A stretch of DNA of 64,000 nucleotides from Escherichia coli O157:H7 (GCF_013167455.1 NZ_CP038328.1); one strand, 5' to 3'; shown: positions 12,069 to 23,000, counted from the first letter of the stretch. The notes: a model not told the origin generated them from the sequence alone. Made by a program: numbers and translations.

Positions 12069-14117
12069 ATGAACATGTTTTTTAGGCTTACCGCGTTAGC
12101 TGGCCTGCTTGCAATAGCAGGCCAGACCTTCGCTGTAGAAGATATCACGCGTGCTGATCAAATTCCGGTATTAAAGGAAGAGACGCAGCATGCGACGGTG
12201 AGTGAGCGCGTAACGTCGCGCTTCACCCGTTCTCATTATCGCCAGTTCGACCTCGATCAGGCATTTTCGGCCAAAATCTTTGACCGCTACCTGAATCTGC
12301 TCGATTACAGCCACAACGTGCTGCTGGCAAGCGATGTTGAACAGTTCGCGAAAAAGAAAACCGAGTTAGGCGATGAACTGCGTTCAGGCAAACTCGACGT
12401 TTTCTACGATCTCTACAATCTGGCGCAAAAGCGTCGTTTTGAACGTTACCAATACGCTTTGTCGGTACTGGAAAAGCCGATGGATTTCACCGGCAACGAC
12501 ACTTATAACCTTGACCGCAGCAAAGCGCCCTGGCCGAAAAACGAGGCTGAGTTGAACGCGCTGTGGGACAGTAAAGTCAAATTCGACGAGTTAAGCCTGA
12601 AGCTGGCAGGAAAAACGGATAAAGAAATTCGTGAAACCCTGACTCGCCGCTACAAATTTGCCATTCGTCGTCTGGCGCAAACCAACAGCGAAGATGTTTT
12701 CTCGCTGGCAATGACGGCGTTTGCGCGTGAAATCGACCCGCATACCAACTATCTTTCCCCGCGTAATACCGAACAGTTCAACACTGAAATGAGTTTGTCG
12801 CTGGAAGGTATTGGCGCAGTGCTGCAAATGGATGATGACTACACCGTTATCAATTCGATGGTGGCAGGTGGTCCGGCAGCGAAGAGTAAAGCTATCAGCG
12901 TTGGTGACAAAATTGTCGGTGTTGGTCAAACAGGCAAGCCGATGGTTGACGTGATTGGCTGGCGTCTTGATGATGTGGTTGCCTTAATTAAAGGGCCGAA
13001 GGGCAGTAAAGTTCGTCTGGAAATTTTACCTGCTGGTAAAGGGACCAAGACCCGCACTGTAACATTGACCCGTGAACGTATTCGTCTCGAAGACCGCGCG
13101 GTTAAAATGTCGGTGAAGACCGTCGGTAAAGAGAAAGTCGGCGTGCTGGATATTCCTGGCTTCTATGTGGGTTTGACAGACGATGTCAAAGTGCAACTGC
13201 AGAAACTGGAAAAACAGAATGTCAGCAGTGTGATCATCGATCTGCGTAGCAATGGTGGTGGGGCGCTGACCGAAGCGGTATCGCTCTCAGGTCTGTTTAT
13301 TCCTGCGGGTCCTATTGTTCAGGTCCGTGATAACAACGGTAAAGTTCGTGAAGACAGCGATACCGACGGACAGGTTTTCTATAAAGGCCCGCTGGTGGTA
13401 CTGGTTGACCGCTTCAGTGCTTCGGCTTCAGAAATCTTTGCCGCGGCAATGCAGGATTACGGTCGTGCACTGGTTGTGGGTGAACCGACGTTTGGTAAAG
13501 GCACCGTTCAGCAATACCGTTCATTGAACCGTATTTACGATCAGATGTTACGTCCTGAATGGCCAGCGCTGGGTTCTGTGCAGTACACGATCCAGAAATT
13601 CTATCGCGTTAACGGCGGCAGTACGCAACGTAAAGGCGTAACGCCAGACATCATCATGCCGACGGGTAATGAAGAAACGGAAACGGGTGAGAAATTCGAA
13701 GATAACGCGCTGCCGTGGGATAGCATTGATGCCGCGACTTATGTGAAATCAGGCGATTTAACGGCCTTTGAACCGGAGCTACTGAAGGAACATAATGCGC
13801 GTATCGCGAAAGATCCTGAGTTCCAGAACATCATGAAGGATATCGCGCGCTTCAACGCTATGAAGGACAAGCGCAATATCGTTTCTCTGAATTACGCTGT
13901 GCGTGAGAAAGAGAATAATGAAGATGATGCGACGCGTTTGGCGCGTTTGAACGAACGCTTTAAACGCGAAGGTAAACCGGAGTTGAAGAAACTGGATGAT
14001 CTACCGAAAGATTACCAGGAGCCGGATCCTTATCTGGATGAGACGGTGAATATCGCACTCGATCTGGCGAAGCTTGAAAAAGCCAGACCCGCGGAACAAC
14101 CCGCACCCGTCAAGTAA
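12069..14117 (+). CDS. prc: Tail-specific periplasmic protease Prc (S41, PDZ)
   Basis: Track ORF trimmed to ATG 12069 (MNMFFRLTALAGLLAIAGQTFA signal peptide), 682 aa. Confidence 0.95.
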   Translation: MNMFFRLTALAGLLAIAGQTFAVEDITRADQIPVLKEETQHATVSERVTSRFTRSHYRQFDLDQAFSAKIFDRYLNLLDYSHNVLLASDVEQFAKKKTELGDELRSGKLDVFYDLYNLAQKRRFERYQYALSVLEKPMDFTGNDTYNLDRSKAPWPKNEAELNALWDSKVKFDELSLKLAGKTDKEIRETLTRRYKFAIRRLAQTNSEDVFSLAMTAFAREIDPHTNYLSPRNTEQFNTEMSLSLEGIGAVLQMDDDYTVINSMVAGGPAAKSKAISVGDKIVGVGQTGKPMVDVIGWRLDDVVALIKGPKGSKVRLEILPAGKGTKTRTVTLTRERIRLEDRAVKMSVKTVGKEKVGVLDIPGFYVGLTDDVKVQLQKLEKQNVSSVIIDLRSNGGGALTEAVSLSGLFIPAGPIVQVRDNNGKVREDSDTDGQVFYKGPLVVLVDRFSASASEIFAAAMQDYGRALVVGEPTFGKGTVQQYRSLNRIYDQMLRPEWPALGSVQYTIQKFYRVNGGSTQRKGVTPDIIMPTGNEETETGEKFEDNALPWDSIDAATYVKSGDLTAFEPELLKEHNARIAKDPEFQNIMKDIARFNAMKDKRNIVSLNYAVREKENNEDDATRLARLNERFKREGKPELKKLDDLPKDYQEPDPYLDETVNIALDLAKLEKARPAEQPAPVK

Positions 14118-14122
14118 TATCA

Positions 14123-14153
14123 ATCAGGCACAAGAAATTGTGCCTGATTTTTT
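14123..14153 (+). terminator. Intrinsic terminator after prc
   Basis: ATCAGGCACAA-GAAA-TTGTGCCTGAT hairpin followed by TTTTTT. Confidence 0.65.
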
Positions 14154-14308
14154 AACAGCGGCAAGATGCCGTAAATCAGATGCTACAAAATGTAAAGTTG
14201 TGTCTTTCTGGTGACTTACGCACTATCCAGACTTGAAAATAGTCGCGTAACCCATACGATGTGGGTATCGCATATTGCGTTTTGTTAAACTGAGGTAAAA
14301 AGAAAATT

Positions 14309-15190
14309 ATGATGCGAATCGCGCTCTTCCTGCTAACGAACCTGGCCGTAATGGTCGTTTTCGGGCTGGTACTGAGCCTGACAGGGATACAGTCGAGCAG
14401 CGTTCAGGGGCTGATGATCATGGCCTTGCTGTTCGGTTTTGGTGGTTCCTTCGTTTCGCTTCTGATGTCCAAATGGATGGCATTACGATCTGTTGGCGGG
14501 GAAGTGATCGAGCAACCGCGTAACGAAAGGGAACGTTGGCTGGTCAATACTGTAGCAACCCAGGCTCGTCAGGCGGGGATCGCTATGCCGCAAGTGGCTA
14601 TCTACCATGCGCCGGACATCAACGCTTTTGCAACCGGTGCGCGCCGTGATGCCTCTCTGGTTGCTGTCAGCACCGGTTTGCTGCAGAACATGAGCCCGGA
14701 TGAAGCCGAGGCGGTAATTGCTCACGAAATCAGCCACATCGCCAATGGTGATATGGTCACCATGACGCTGATTCAGGGCGTGGTGAACACCTTCGTTATC
14801 TTTATTTCCCGTATCCTGGCGCAGCTTGCCGCGGGTTTTATGGGCGGAAATCGTGATGAAGGTGAAGAGAGCAACGGCAACCCGCTGATCTACTTTGCGG
14901 TTGCAACGGTTCTGGAACTGGTGTTTGGTATTCTGGCGAGCATTATCACCATGTGGTTCTCGCGTCATCGTGAATTCCATGCTGATGCCGGTTCGGCAAA
15001 ACTGGTTGGTCGCGAGAAAATGATTGCCGCGCTGCAGCGCCTGAAAACCAGCTATGAACCGCAAGAAGCAACCAGCATGATGGCTTTCTGCATTAACGGT
15101 AAGTCGAAATCGCTCAGTGAGTTGTTTATGACTCACCCGCCGCTGGATAAACGTATTGAAGCTCTGCGTACGGGTGAATACCTGAAGTAA
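14309..15190 (+). CDS. htpX: Membrane zinc metalloprotease HtpX
   Basis: 293 aa; HEISH zinc-binding motif and N-terminal TM helices. Confidence 0.95.
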
Positions 15191-15205
15191 TATGAAGTAA
15201 ATACT

Positions 15206-15237
15206 AAAAAGCGCGTCCTGCTCGACGCGCTTTTTTT
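15206..15237. terminator. Bidirectional intrinsic terminator between htpX and yebQ
   Basis: AAAAA-GCGCGTC-CTGCT-CGACGCGC-TTTTTTT; the T-tract overlaps the yebQ stop codon. Confidence 0.65.
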
Positions 15238-16609
15238 ATGCCCTGGATCTTGGCTGAGTGATACGTAACCCACTGATACAGGCAGCAATCACTGCCAGAA
15301 TAGCCGCAGCCATCAGCGAGACGTGTGTACCATTATCTCCAAACTGATTTAGCATCAGCGCCACCAGCGCCGCGCCGCTACTCTGACCCAGTAGACGAGC
15401 CGTTCCTAACATGCCACTGGCTCCACCGCTACGTTCGCGAGGCGCGGAGGTAATAATGGTGTGGTTATTGGGTGACTGGAACAAGCCAAATCCAGCGCCA
15501 CATAAGATCATCGGCCAGATAATATTGATATCCGCAGGTGACGCGGGCAGCAGAACCAGGGAAAAAAGCCCCGCAGCCATGATGAATAATCCTAAAGCAC
15601 CCAGCAATCCTGCATGTACGCGTTCAATCAAATAGCCTGCCAACGGAGCCATCACCATCGTTGCTAACGGCCACGGTGTCAGAAGTAAACCTGTTTCGAC
15701 TTCACTACGCCCGAGCACGGTTTGCAGGTAAAAGGGCAGGGAAACCATTGCCAGCATTTGTGCGCAGAAAGAGCAAACAGATGTGCAAATAGAAAGTGAA
15801 AACAGCGGGATACGCAGTAAATCCACCGGTAGCAGCGGTACTGGAAGAGAAAGCTGGCGGCGAATAAAGAAAATACCAACGACAACCATTACAACCAGTT
15901 CCGCAGCAATTAACGTCAGCGATTGCCCCTGAGCGAAACCACTCAACGCAGTGATAAGCAGGCCGAAGGTTAACGCGTTCATCACGGCGCTGGGCAGGTC
16001 GAAACGGGGTTTACTGGCGCGAGAACCATTGGGTGGCAGAAAACGCATCGCCAGAAGCAGGGCGATAATACCCAACGGTACGTTGATTAAAAATAACCAT
16101 TTCCAGGATGCGATGGAGAGGATTGCTGCAGCAATTGTCGGCCCGGCAGCAGAAGAGACGGCAACAATAAACGAGTTTATGCCCATCCCTCTACCCAGAA
16201 AACGTTGTGGATAGATCAGGCGGATAAGGGCGGTATTAACGCTCATCAACGCTGCACCGCCGAAACCTTGTATGACACGCGCAAGGGTGAGTATTTGCAG
16301 CGAATCAGAAAGGGCGCAGAACAGTGAAGACAACAGAAAAACGACCAGACCGCATTTATAAATACGTCGATAGCCAAACATATCACCCAGAAACGAAAAC
16401 GAGAGCAGGGAGATGACAATGGCGATTTGATAGGCGTTCACTACCCAGATGGAACTGGCTGGCGTGGCATGAAGGTCCGTGGCGATTGTTGGCAGGGCGA
16501 CGTTGGCGATTGCGCCGTCAAGGACAGCCATCGAAATACCAATCACAATGGTTAATATCGCACCGTATCGCTGGGGCAATGGCAGGCCGTCGGCCTGAAC
16601 TTTTGGCAT
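15236..16609 (-). CDS. yebQ: MFS transporter YebQ
   Basis: Track ORF trimmed to ATG 16609 (MPKVQADGLPLPQRYGAILTIVIG..., 457 aa); about 14 TM segments. Confidence 0.85.
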   Translation of the reverse strand: MPKVQADGLPLPQRYGAILTIVIGISMAVLDGAIANVALPTIATDLHATPASSIWVVNAYQIAIVISLLSFSFLGDMFGYRRIYKCGLVVFLLSSLFCALSDSLQILTLARVIQGFGGAALMSVNTALIRLIYPQRFLGRGMGINSFIVAVSSAAGPTIAAAILSIASWKWLFLINVPLGIIALLLAMRFLPPNGSRASKPRFDLPSAVMNALTFGLLITALSGFAQGQSLTLIAAELVVMVVVGIFFIRRQLSLPVPLLPVDLLRIPLFSLSICTSVCSFCAQMLAMVSLPFYLQTVLGRSEVETGLLLTPWPLATMVMAPLAGYLIERVHAGLLGALGLFIMAAGLFSLVLLPASPADINIIWPMILCGAGFGLFQSPNNHTIITSAPRERSGGASGMLGTARLLGQSSGAALVALMLNQFGDNGTHVSLMAAAILAVIAACISGLRITQPRSRA

Positions 16610-16785
16610 AGGAATTTTAAATCTTTGGTGAATAATCAACAGGGGTATGATTCTAGCACTGATATTCACGGTGGATGTCGCAGAATTGTAACTAACCGGC
16701 AAAAGATGGATTGCGACCACCCTGGTGCGAAATTATAATAAAAAACAGTTCTGATTTTTATAAAACACTCGCAATGAGGTGATAA

Positions 16786-17577
16786 ATGGCTAACGCAGAT
16801 CTGGATAAACAGCCTGATTCTGTATCTTCCGTGCTAAAAGTTTTTGGCATTTTGCAGGCGCTGGGTGAAGAGCGCGAAATAGGGATAACCGAGCTGTCGC
16901 AGCGCGTCATGATGTCAAAAAGCACCGTTTATCGCTTTTTACAGACCATGAAAACCTTAGGTTATGTGGCGCAGGAAGGGGAGTCGGAGAAATATTCCCT
17001 GACCCTGAAATTGTTTGAACTGGGCGCTCGCGCGTTACAAAACGTCGATTTAATTCGTAGCGCAGATATCCAGATGCGTGAGATCTCCCGCCTGACCAAA
17101 GAAACTATCCACCTCGGCGCACTGGACGAAGACAGTATTGTTTACATTCACAAAATTGACTCTATGTACAATTTGCGCATGTATTCACGGATTGGGCGTC
17201 GTAATCCACTGTACAGCACCGCGATTGGTAAGGTACTGCTGGCATGGCGCGATCGCGATGAAGTGAAGCAAATTCTTGAGGGCGTGGAGTATAAACGCAG
17301 TACCGAGCGGACCATCACCAGTACAGAAGCGTTATTACCGGTTCTGGACCAGGTGCGCGAGCAGGGGTATGGCGAAGATAACGAAGAGCAGGAAGAAGGG
17401 CTGCGATGCATTGCGGTTCCGGTATTTGATCGCTTTGGCGTGGTCATTGCCGGTTTGAGCATCTCCTTCCCGACGTTGCGTTTCTCTGAAGAGCGTTTAC
17501 AGGAATATGTCGCAATGTTGCATACCGCAGCGCGCAAAATTTCTGCCCAAATGGGTTATCACGACTATCCGTTCTGA
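16786..17577 (+). CDS. kdgR: IclR-family transcriptional repressor KdgR
   Basis: 263 aa; N-terminal helix-turn-helix (ITELSQRVMMSKSTVYRFLQTM) and IclR effector domain. Confidence 0.9.
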   Translation: MANADLDKQPDSVSSVLKVFGILQALGEEREIGITELSQRVMMSKSTVYRFLQTMKTLGYVAQEGESEKYSLTLKLFELGARALQNVDLIRSADIQMREISRLTKETIHLGALDEDSIVYIHKIDSMYNLRMYSRIGRRNPLYSTAIGKVLLAWRDRDEVKQILEGVEYKRSTERTITSTEALLPVLDQVREQGYGEDNEEQEEGLRCIAVPVFDRFGVVIAGLSISFPTLRFSEERLQEYVAMLHTAARKISAQMGYHDYPF

Positions 17578-17585
17578 TGAGAGTA

Positions 17586-17624
17586 AGAACCTGTCGGAAT
17601 ATCAAACAGACAGGTTCTTTATTT
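17586..17624 (+). terminator. Intrinsic terminator after kdgR
   Basis: GAACCTGTC...GACAGGTTC hairpin followed by TTTATTT. Confidence 0.6.
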
Positions 17625-17720
17625 AGCATGAGAAAAATAAAGTTGAAGGTGGCGTTAGATTAAACGCAGTTGATATAAGAATATTTTACTCATGAGTGAG
17701 AATCTGGTTATTTATTACAC

Positions 17721-17960
17721 TTAACCATTATCGACCACGATATTGCTTTTGCGTAACAGCGGGCAATCTGTTATCCCCAAAAAACCACTTTTAGTGTGCA
17801 AGTATTGTACCGTGCTGGTGCCTCTGGCAGTCAGATAGGTACATTGCAAACCTAATTCTGCGGCATTCTCTTTGCTTCCAATCAAAACGCCATATCCGCT
17901 GAGTAATAATCCTATCCATACCAGTGCTATCAGCATAACTGTGCGAATGATGAATCGCAT
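17721..17960 (-). CDS. yobH: Small membrane protein YobH
   Basis: 79 aa with N-terminal signal/TM segment. Confidence 0.75.
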   Translation of the reverse strand: MRFIIRTVMLIALVWIGLLLSGYGVLIGSKENAAELGLQCTYLTARGTSTVQYLHTKSGFLGITDCPLLRKSNIVVDNG

Positions 17961-18119
17961 TACAACCTCTTCTCTTTTTTATGTTCGCTTAATCGTAGCG
18001 GCAATATGCGCTGAAGCAAGCGACTCATTCCGAAAAAGCACGAATATCGACATAGTTAGACGCTGTTTAACTAACGCATGGTAGTTTAATGACATAAGGT
18101 AGGTGAAACGGAGATTGGA

Positions 18120-18263
18120 GTGAAAAAGTTTCGATGGGTCGTTTTGGTTGTCGTGGTGTTGGCTTGCTTGCTGCTTTGGGCGCAGGTATTCAACATGATG
18201 TGCGATCAGGATGTACAATTTTTCAGCGGAATTTGTGCCATTAACCAGTTTATCCCGTGGTGA
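18120..18263 (+). CDS. mgrB: PhoQ-inhibiting small membrane protein MgrB (47 aa, GTG start)
   Basis: Not in ORF track (<60 aa); read directly: [51 protein letters not shown] Shine-Dalgarno upstream. Confidence 0.9.
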
Positions 18264-18337
18264 TATCATTTTTTCAGCACTAGATTTTCTTCCTCTCCAG
18301 CAGTGGTAGAATAGCGCCTCTACTCAGAGGTGGTGAA

Positions 18338-18625
18338 ATGAACGAAGTTGTAAATTCAGGCGTGATGAACATTGCGTCTTTGGTTGTATCGGTGGTGGTT
18401 CTTCTTATCGGGCTCATCTTGTGGTTTTTTATTAATCGTGCCAGTTCTCGGACTAACGAACAGATTGAACTGCTTGAGGCGTTGCTGGATCAGCAAAAAC
18501 GTCAAAATGCACTGTTACGTCGTTTGTGCGAAGCAAACGAACCAGAGAAAGCAGATAAAAAGACTATTGAGAGTCAAAAATCGGTTGAAGACGAAGATAT
18601 TATTCGCCTGGTCGCCGAACGATAA
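18338..18625 (+). CDS. yebO: Small membrane protein YebO
   Basis: 95 aa with one N-terminal TM helix and a charged C-terminal tail. Confidence 0.8.
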   Translation: MNEVVNSGVMNIASLVVSVVVLLIGLILWFFINRASSRTNEQIELLEALLDQQKRQNALLRRLCEANEPEKADKKTIESQKSVEDEDIIRLVAER

Positions 18626-19293
18626 TCCTTCCTCAATCTTGAGTAACCCCGTCGTTGAAGGGTTACTCAATTCATCCTGATTATACGCACTGTCATGGTG
18701 CAACTGCTTCAAATTAAAACTCTGGTCTGACTTCAAATAATTATCATATTATTTATTTGCGTAACGGGATATCAGAAAAAGATATTTACCCCATTAATTT
18801 ATTAGGATGTTTACATCGGATTTGTGATTAAGCGTGGTATTATTTATTAGCGAAACGTTTCTCTCTTGATTTTTTTTGCTTATTCATCAATTTTTCTTAT
18901 TTTAAATTTCCAATTCCTTTGGGATTGACTTCTCTTTGGGGTGATTGAGAGCCGTTAACTGCCTGTTTTATGAGAAAAAGTGATATAACTTTTTATTCAT
19001 TGCATAGCAGAAAATGTGATATTGCACGCACTATGTAATAACTTCTCCCACTGACCTGGAACAACTGAACTTATTGAACTATGTTAGAAACTACGTCAGT
19101 TTAAGTATCTGCGGAACTGACAAGGTTAAGCACAATGATATATCGGCGCGTATTCCGTTGCATAAGTGTGCAAAAAAAGTGGAAGACGTATCGAGATTTG
19201 TGCGTCTGATCGAGACATGTTTAAAAATGGCTTGCCATAATTAACGTTGTATGTGATAACAGATTTCGGGTTAAACGAGGTACAGTTCTGTTT

Positions 19294-19437
19294 ATGTGTG
19301 GCATTTTCAGTAAAGAAGTCCTGAGTAAACACGTTGACGTTGAATACCGCTTCTCTGCCGAGCCTTATATTGGTGCCTCATGCAGTAATGTGTCAGTTTT
19401 ATCTATGTTATGCCTGCGGGCGAAGAAAACAATCTAA
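19294..19437 (+). CDS. yobF: Small protein YobF (47 aa)
   Basis: Read directly: [47 protein letters not shown]; stop 12 nt before cspC start (yobF-cspC operon). Confidence 0.8.
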
Positions 19438-19449
19438 GGAATTTTTCAA

Positions 19450-19659
19450 ATGGCAAAGATTAAAGGTCAGGTTAAGTGGTTCAACGAGTCTAAAGGTTTT
19501 GGCTTCATTACTCCTGCTGATGGCAGCAAAGACGTGTTCGTACACTTCTCCGCTATCCAGGGTAATGGCTTCAAAACTCTGGCTGAAGGTCAGAACGTTG
19601 AGTTCGAAATTCAGGACGGCCAGAAAGGTCCGGCAGCTGTTAACGTAACAGCTATCTGA
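19450..19659 (+). CDS. cspC: Cold-shock-domain protein CspC
   Basis: 69 aa [20 protein letters not shown]... with RNP1/RNP2 motifs. Confidence 0.95.
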
Positions 19660-19703
19660 TCGAATCCACTGATCTGAAGTGTGAATACGCTTCAATCTCG
19701 CTA

Positions 19704-19731
19704 TAAAGCCTCGTCGAATGCGAGGCTTTTT
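19704..19731 (+). terminator. Intrinsic terminator after cspC
   Basis: AAAGCCTCG-TCGAAT-GCGAGGCTTT hairpin followed by T-tract. Confidence 0.7.
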
Positions 19732-19824
19732 ACTATGCTTTATCTTCGCTCCTGGCGTTCGGATATTTGCCCGCCGCGTGATTCGCGTTACACTTGCGGC
19801 CTTTAGTATCCTGCCGGAGTTGTC

Positions 19825-20634
19825 ATGTCGTTTTCCTGTCCACTTTGCCATCAGCCTCTTACGCGTGAAAAAAACAGCTATATCTGTCCCCAACGACATC
19901 AGTTTGATATGGCGAAAGAAGGGTATGTCAATCTGCTGCCCGTTCAGCATAAACGGTCTCGTGATCCGGGCGACAGCGCGGAAATGATGCAAGCACGCCG
20001 CGCATTCTTAGATGCCGGACATTATCAGCCGCTGCGTGATGCAATTGTCGCCCAACTGCGTGAACGGCTTAATGAAAAGGCCACGGCGGTGCTGGATATT
20101 GGCTGTGGTGAAGGGTATTACACACACGCATTTGCCGATGCGTTGCCCGAAATCACCACGTTTGGTCTGGATGTTTCGAAGGTAGCGATAAAAGCGGCGG
20201 CGAAACGCTATCCGCAGGTCACTCTTTGTGTCGCTTCCAGCCACCGTTTGCCGTTTTCCGATACCAGTATGGACGCCATAATACGTATTTACGCGCCGTG
20301 TAAAGCAGAAGAATTAGCACGAGTAGTGAAGCCCGGCGGCTGGGTCATTACTGCCACGCCGGGACCGCGACATTTGATGGAGCTGAAGGGGCTGATTTAC
20401 AATGAAGTACATCTTCATGCACCTCATGCAGAACAACTGGAAGGTTTTACATTACAGAAGAGTGATGAGTTGTGTTATCCGATGCGTCTTCGCGGTGATG
20501 AAGCCGTCGCATTATTGCAGATGACGCCGTTTGCCTGGCGTGCGAAGCCAGAAGTCTGGCAAATACTGGCAGCAAAAGAAGTGTTCGACTGCCAGACGGA
20601 CTTTAATATTCACCTCTGGCAGCGTTCTTATTAA
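19825..20634 (+). CDS. rlmA: 23S rRNA m1G745 methyltransferase RlmA
   Basis: 269 aa; N-terminal Cys4 zinc finger (CPLCHQ...CPQRH) and SAM-methyltransferase fold; stop overlaps mntP stop. Confidence 0.9.
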
Positions 20635-21197
20635 CCGTGGAAGTGCGTCCAGAGGATCTGGACGCCGATGCCGATCAGCACCAGCCCGCCGAGAATTTCC
20701 GCTTTTTTCCCAATAATTGAGCCGATAAAGCGACCAACCATCATCCCTAATGTCGACATAATCAAGGTTGCACAACCAATGGCCAATGCGGTCGCGATAA
20801 TGTTGACCTGAAGGAAAGCAAGACCAACACCCACAGCCATGGCATCCAGGCTGGTGGCAATCGCGGTGGTTACCAGTAGCCAGAAACCGTGCCGACGGCG
20901 CGGCTCTTCATCTTCATCATCTGCGCCACGAAAACCCTCAATAATCATTCGCCCGCCGAGGAATATCAGCAGCACAAACGCAATCCAGTGATTCCATTCA
21001 AGGACAAACCGGCTGGCTAACATGCCCATTCCCCAGCCGATCAGCGGCGTCAGGGTTTCGACGGCACCAAAAATAAGGCCGGTTCGCAATGCTTCAGAAA
21101 ATTTCGGTTTATGGAGGGTGGCACCTTTACCGATTGATGCAGCAAATGCATCCATCGACATACCAAACGCAAGAAGAACAGTAGCAGTGATATTCAT
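20631..21197 (-). CDS. mntP: Manganese efflux pump MntP
   Basis: Track ORF trimmed to ATG 21197 ([25 protein letters not shown]..., 188 aa); the upstream in-frame extension is leader RNA, not protein. Confidence 0.9.
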
Positions 21198-21432
21198 GAC
21201 AACGTCCTGACCGGGGTATCCATAAAACACATCATCGCCCCCAGCAAACATGCATACATGAACAACAAGCCGCGATGGGTTTTCGCGTTCATGCAGGCAT
21301 AGCGATTGATGTGCATATGGTCTCGCCTGACTGAAAGTCTTCAGTCCGTACGTGCCACGTTTTGCAACGAGTATGTTGACACGTACATTTCCGGAATCTG
21401 GAAATTGGCTACTCCCCAAATGAGGGCGCAAC
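21198..21432 (-). promoter_or_regulatory. mntP 5' leader containing a yybP-ykoY-class Mn2+ riboswitch
   Basis: Minus strand reads TTTGGGGAGTAGCC (plus 21405-21418) and a downstream GGCGAGACC element, the hallmark conserved loops of this riboswitch class, in the long leader of a Mn exporter. Confidence 0.65.
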
Positions 21433-21626
21433 CTTAACATATTTTGAGAATATAAAACAACTGTTGGAATATATTATTTTATTGCTTTGTTGATAACGAT
21501 TTTCATTTAGATTTATATATCAATGAAACGTTATAATAAATAACAAATAAGGGAAGAGGTAATATAGCCTAAGCTATGTCTGATTATTAAAAATACACTA
21601 AACATAGCTTTGGCTAAATTAATAAC

Positions 21627-22085
21627 TCATTGAGTTGAAACGAGAAGTTTATAAATTCTTTCCAGATCGTCGATATTTCGAACGCGGATTAACAGCCGAC
21701 GCTGTTCTAATTGCATCACCAACACGCCATCTTCCGACAAGTTCATCGCTTTGATTCGGCTATATTCAATCCAGACATTGGCGAAGAAAAAACCTTTTTG
21801 TTTAAAGATGATCTTCGGAACGCGGATCCAGAATATATAAAAACCCATCAGAGCCAGTGCGCTTAATAACCATGTCGTTATTAACGCACCATGATTCGTG
21901 ACGTTGTTATAGATAAGAATGACAATCAATCCGACGAAGATAACGCTATCGATGCGACCACGCCGGAGCAAAGGAATTGCCAGCAGGGTGGGGCCGTTAC
22001 GGCGGGGCATGATGAACTGATCGTAGATCGCGAAGGCCAGGAGTGCGGCGATGAAAAGAATCAGTACCAGGTCCGTGATTGTCAT
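21627..22085 (-). CDS. yobD: UPF0266 inner-membrane protein YobD
   Basis: 152 aa, 3-4 TM helices; K-12 position between mntP and manZ. Confidence 0.85.
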
Positions 22086-22096
22086 TAATCCTCCAG

Positions 22097-22124
22097 ATAA
22101 AAAAACGGGGCCAAAAGGCCCCGG
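22097..22124 (-). terminator. Intrinsic terminator after manZ
   Basis: Minus strand: CCGGGGCC-TTTT-GGCCCCG followed by TTTTTTT. Confidence 0.65.
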
Positions 22125-22139
22125 TAGTGTACAACAGTC

Positions 22140-23000
22140 TTACAGTCCCAGCAGGCCGCAAGCGTAACCAGCGATACCGATGACGAAGAAGCCAACGATG
22201 ATCCACAGCGGGTTAACTTTTTTGCGCAGTAGCCACATACAAGCAAAGGTCAGCAGCAGTGGTACCAGGCCTGGCATTAACTGGTCCAGAATAGTCTGGA
22301 CAGTAGTAACGTGTTCTTTGCCCGTCTGGTCAGTAATGCGAGAGACAACCAGCGGGATGTTGACATGTGTCCACTTGTTAACCAATGCCCCCATGACAAA
22401 CAGGCCGAGGATAGACGCCCCTTCCGTCAGTTTTTGCAGGAAGCCACCACCCATATCTTTAACGATATCGATACCTTTGGAGTAACCATACGCTACGCCG
22501 TAGTAACGGGTTGCCAGACGCACCAGGTTAAACAGGATGAAGAACAGCAGCGGACCTAACAGGCTGCCGCTCATCGCGATACCGGCACCCAGTGCTGCAA
22601 ATACCGGACGTACGGTTCCCCAGAAGATCGGGTCGCCTACACCAGCCAGCGGCCCCATCAAACCGACTTTGATACCGTTGATAGCACCGTCGTCGATCTC
22701 TGCGCCATTAGCACGCTGTTCTTCCAGCGCCAGGGTTACGCCGAGAATCGGCGCAGCCACGAACGGCTGGGTGTTAAAGAACTCCAGGTGACGGCGAATA
22801 GCTTGTTTACGAGCTTCGTTGTTCTCAGGGTAGAGGCGACGAATTGCCGGTACCATAGAGAAGCAGAAACCCAGTGCCTGCATACGTTCGAAGTTCCATG
22901 AACCCTGGAAGAGGTTAGAACGCAGGAAGACGCCACGAATATCACTTTGAGTGAGTTTTTTCTCGGTGGTAGTTTGAGTTGTATCAACCATTTCGCTCAC
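22140..23000 (-). CDS. manZ: Mannose PTS EIID component
   Basis: 286 aa track ORF (MSEMVDTTQTTTEKKLTQSD...); last gene of manXYZ. Confidence 0.95.
   Translation of the reverse strand: MSEMVDTTQTTTEKKLTQSDIRGVFLRSNLFQGSWNFERMQALGFCFSMVPAIRRLYPENNEARKQAIRRHLEFFNTQPFVAAPILGVTLALEEQRANGAEIDDGAINGIKVGLMGPLAGVGDPIFWGTVRPVFAALGAGIAMSGSLLGPLLFFILFNLVRLATRYYGVAYGYSKGIDIVKDMGGGFLQKLTEGASILGLFVMGALVNKWTHVNIPLVVSRITDQTGKEHVTTVQTILDQLMPGLVPLLLTFACMWLLRKKVNPLWIIVGFFVIGIAGYACGLLGL

Noticed and set aside
19408-19992. 194-aa minus-strand ORF spanning cspC and its terminator
   Set aside because: Antisense to the highly conserved cspC and crosses an intrinsic terminator; not credible as a gene.
20631-21440. 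269-aa track ORF extending mntP 81 codons upstream
   Set aside because: The extension covers the riboswitch leader; the internal ATG at 21197 gives the known 188-aa protein.
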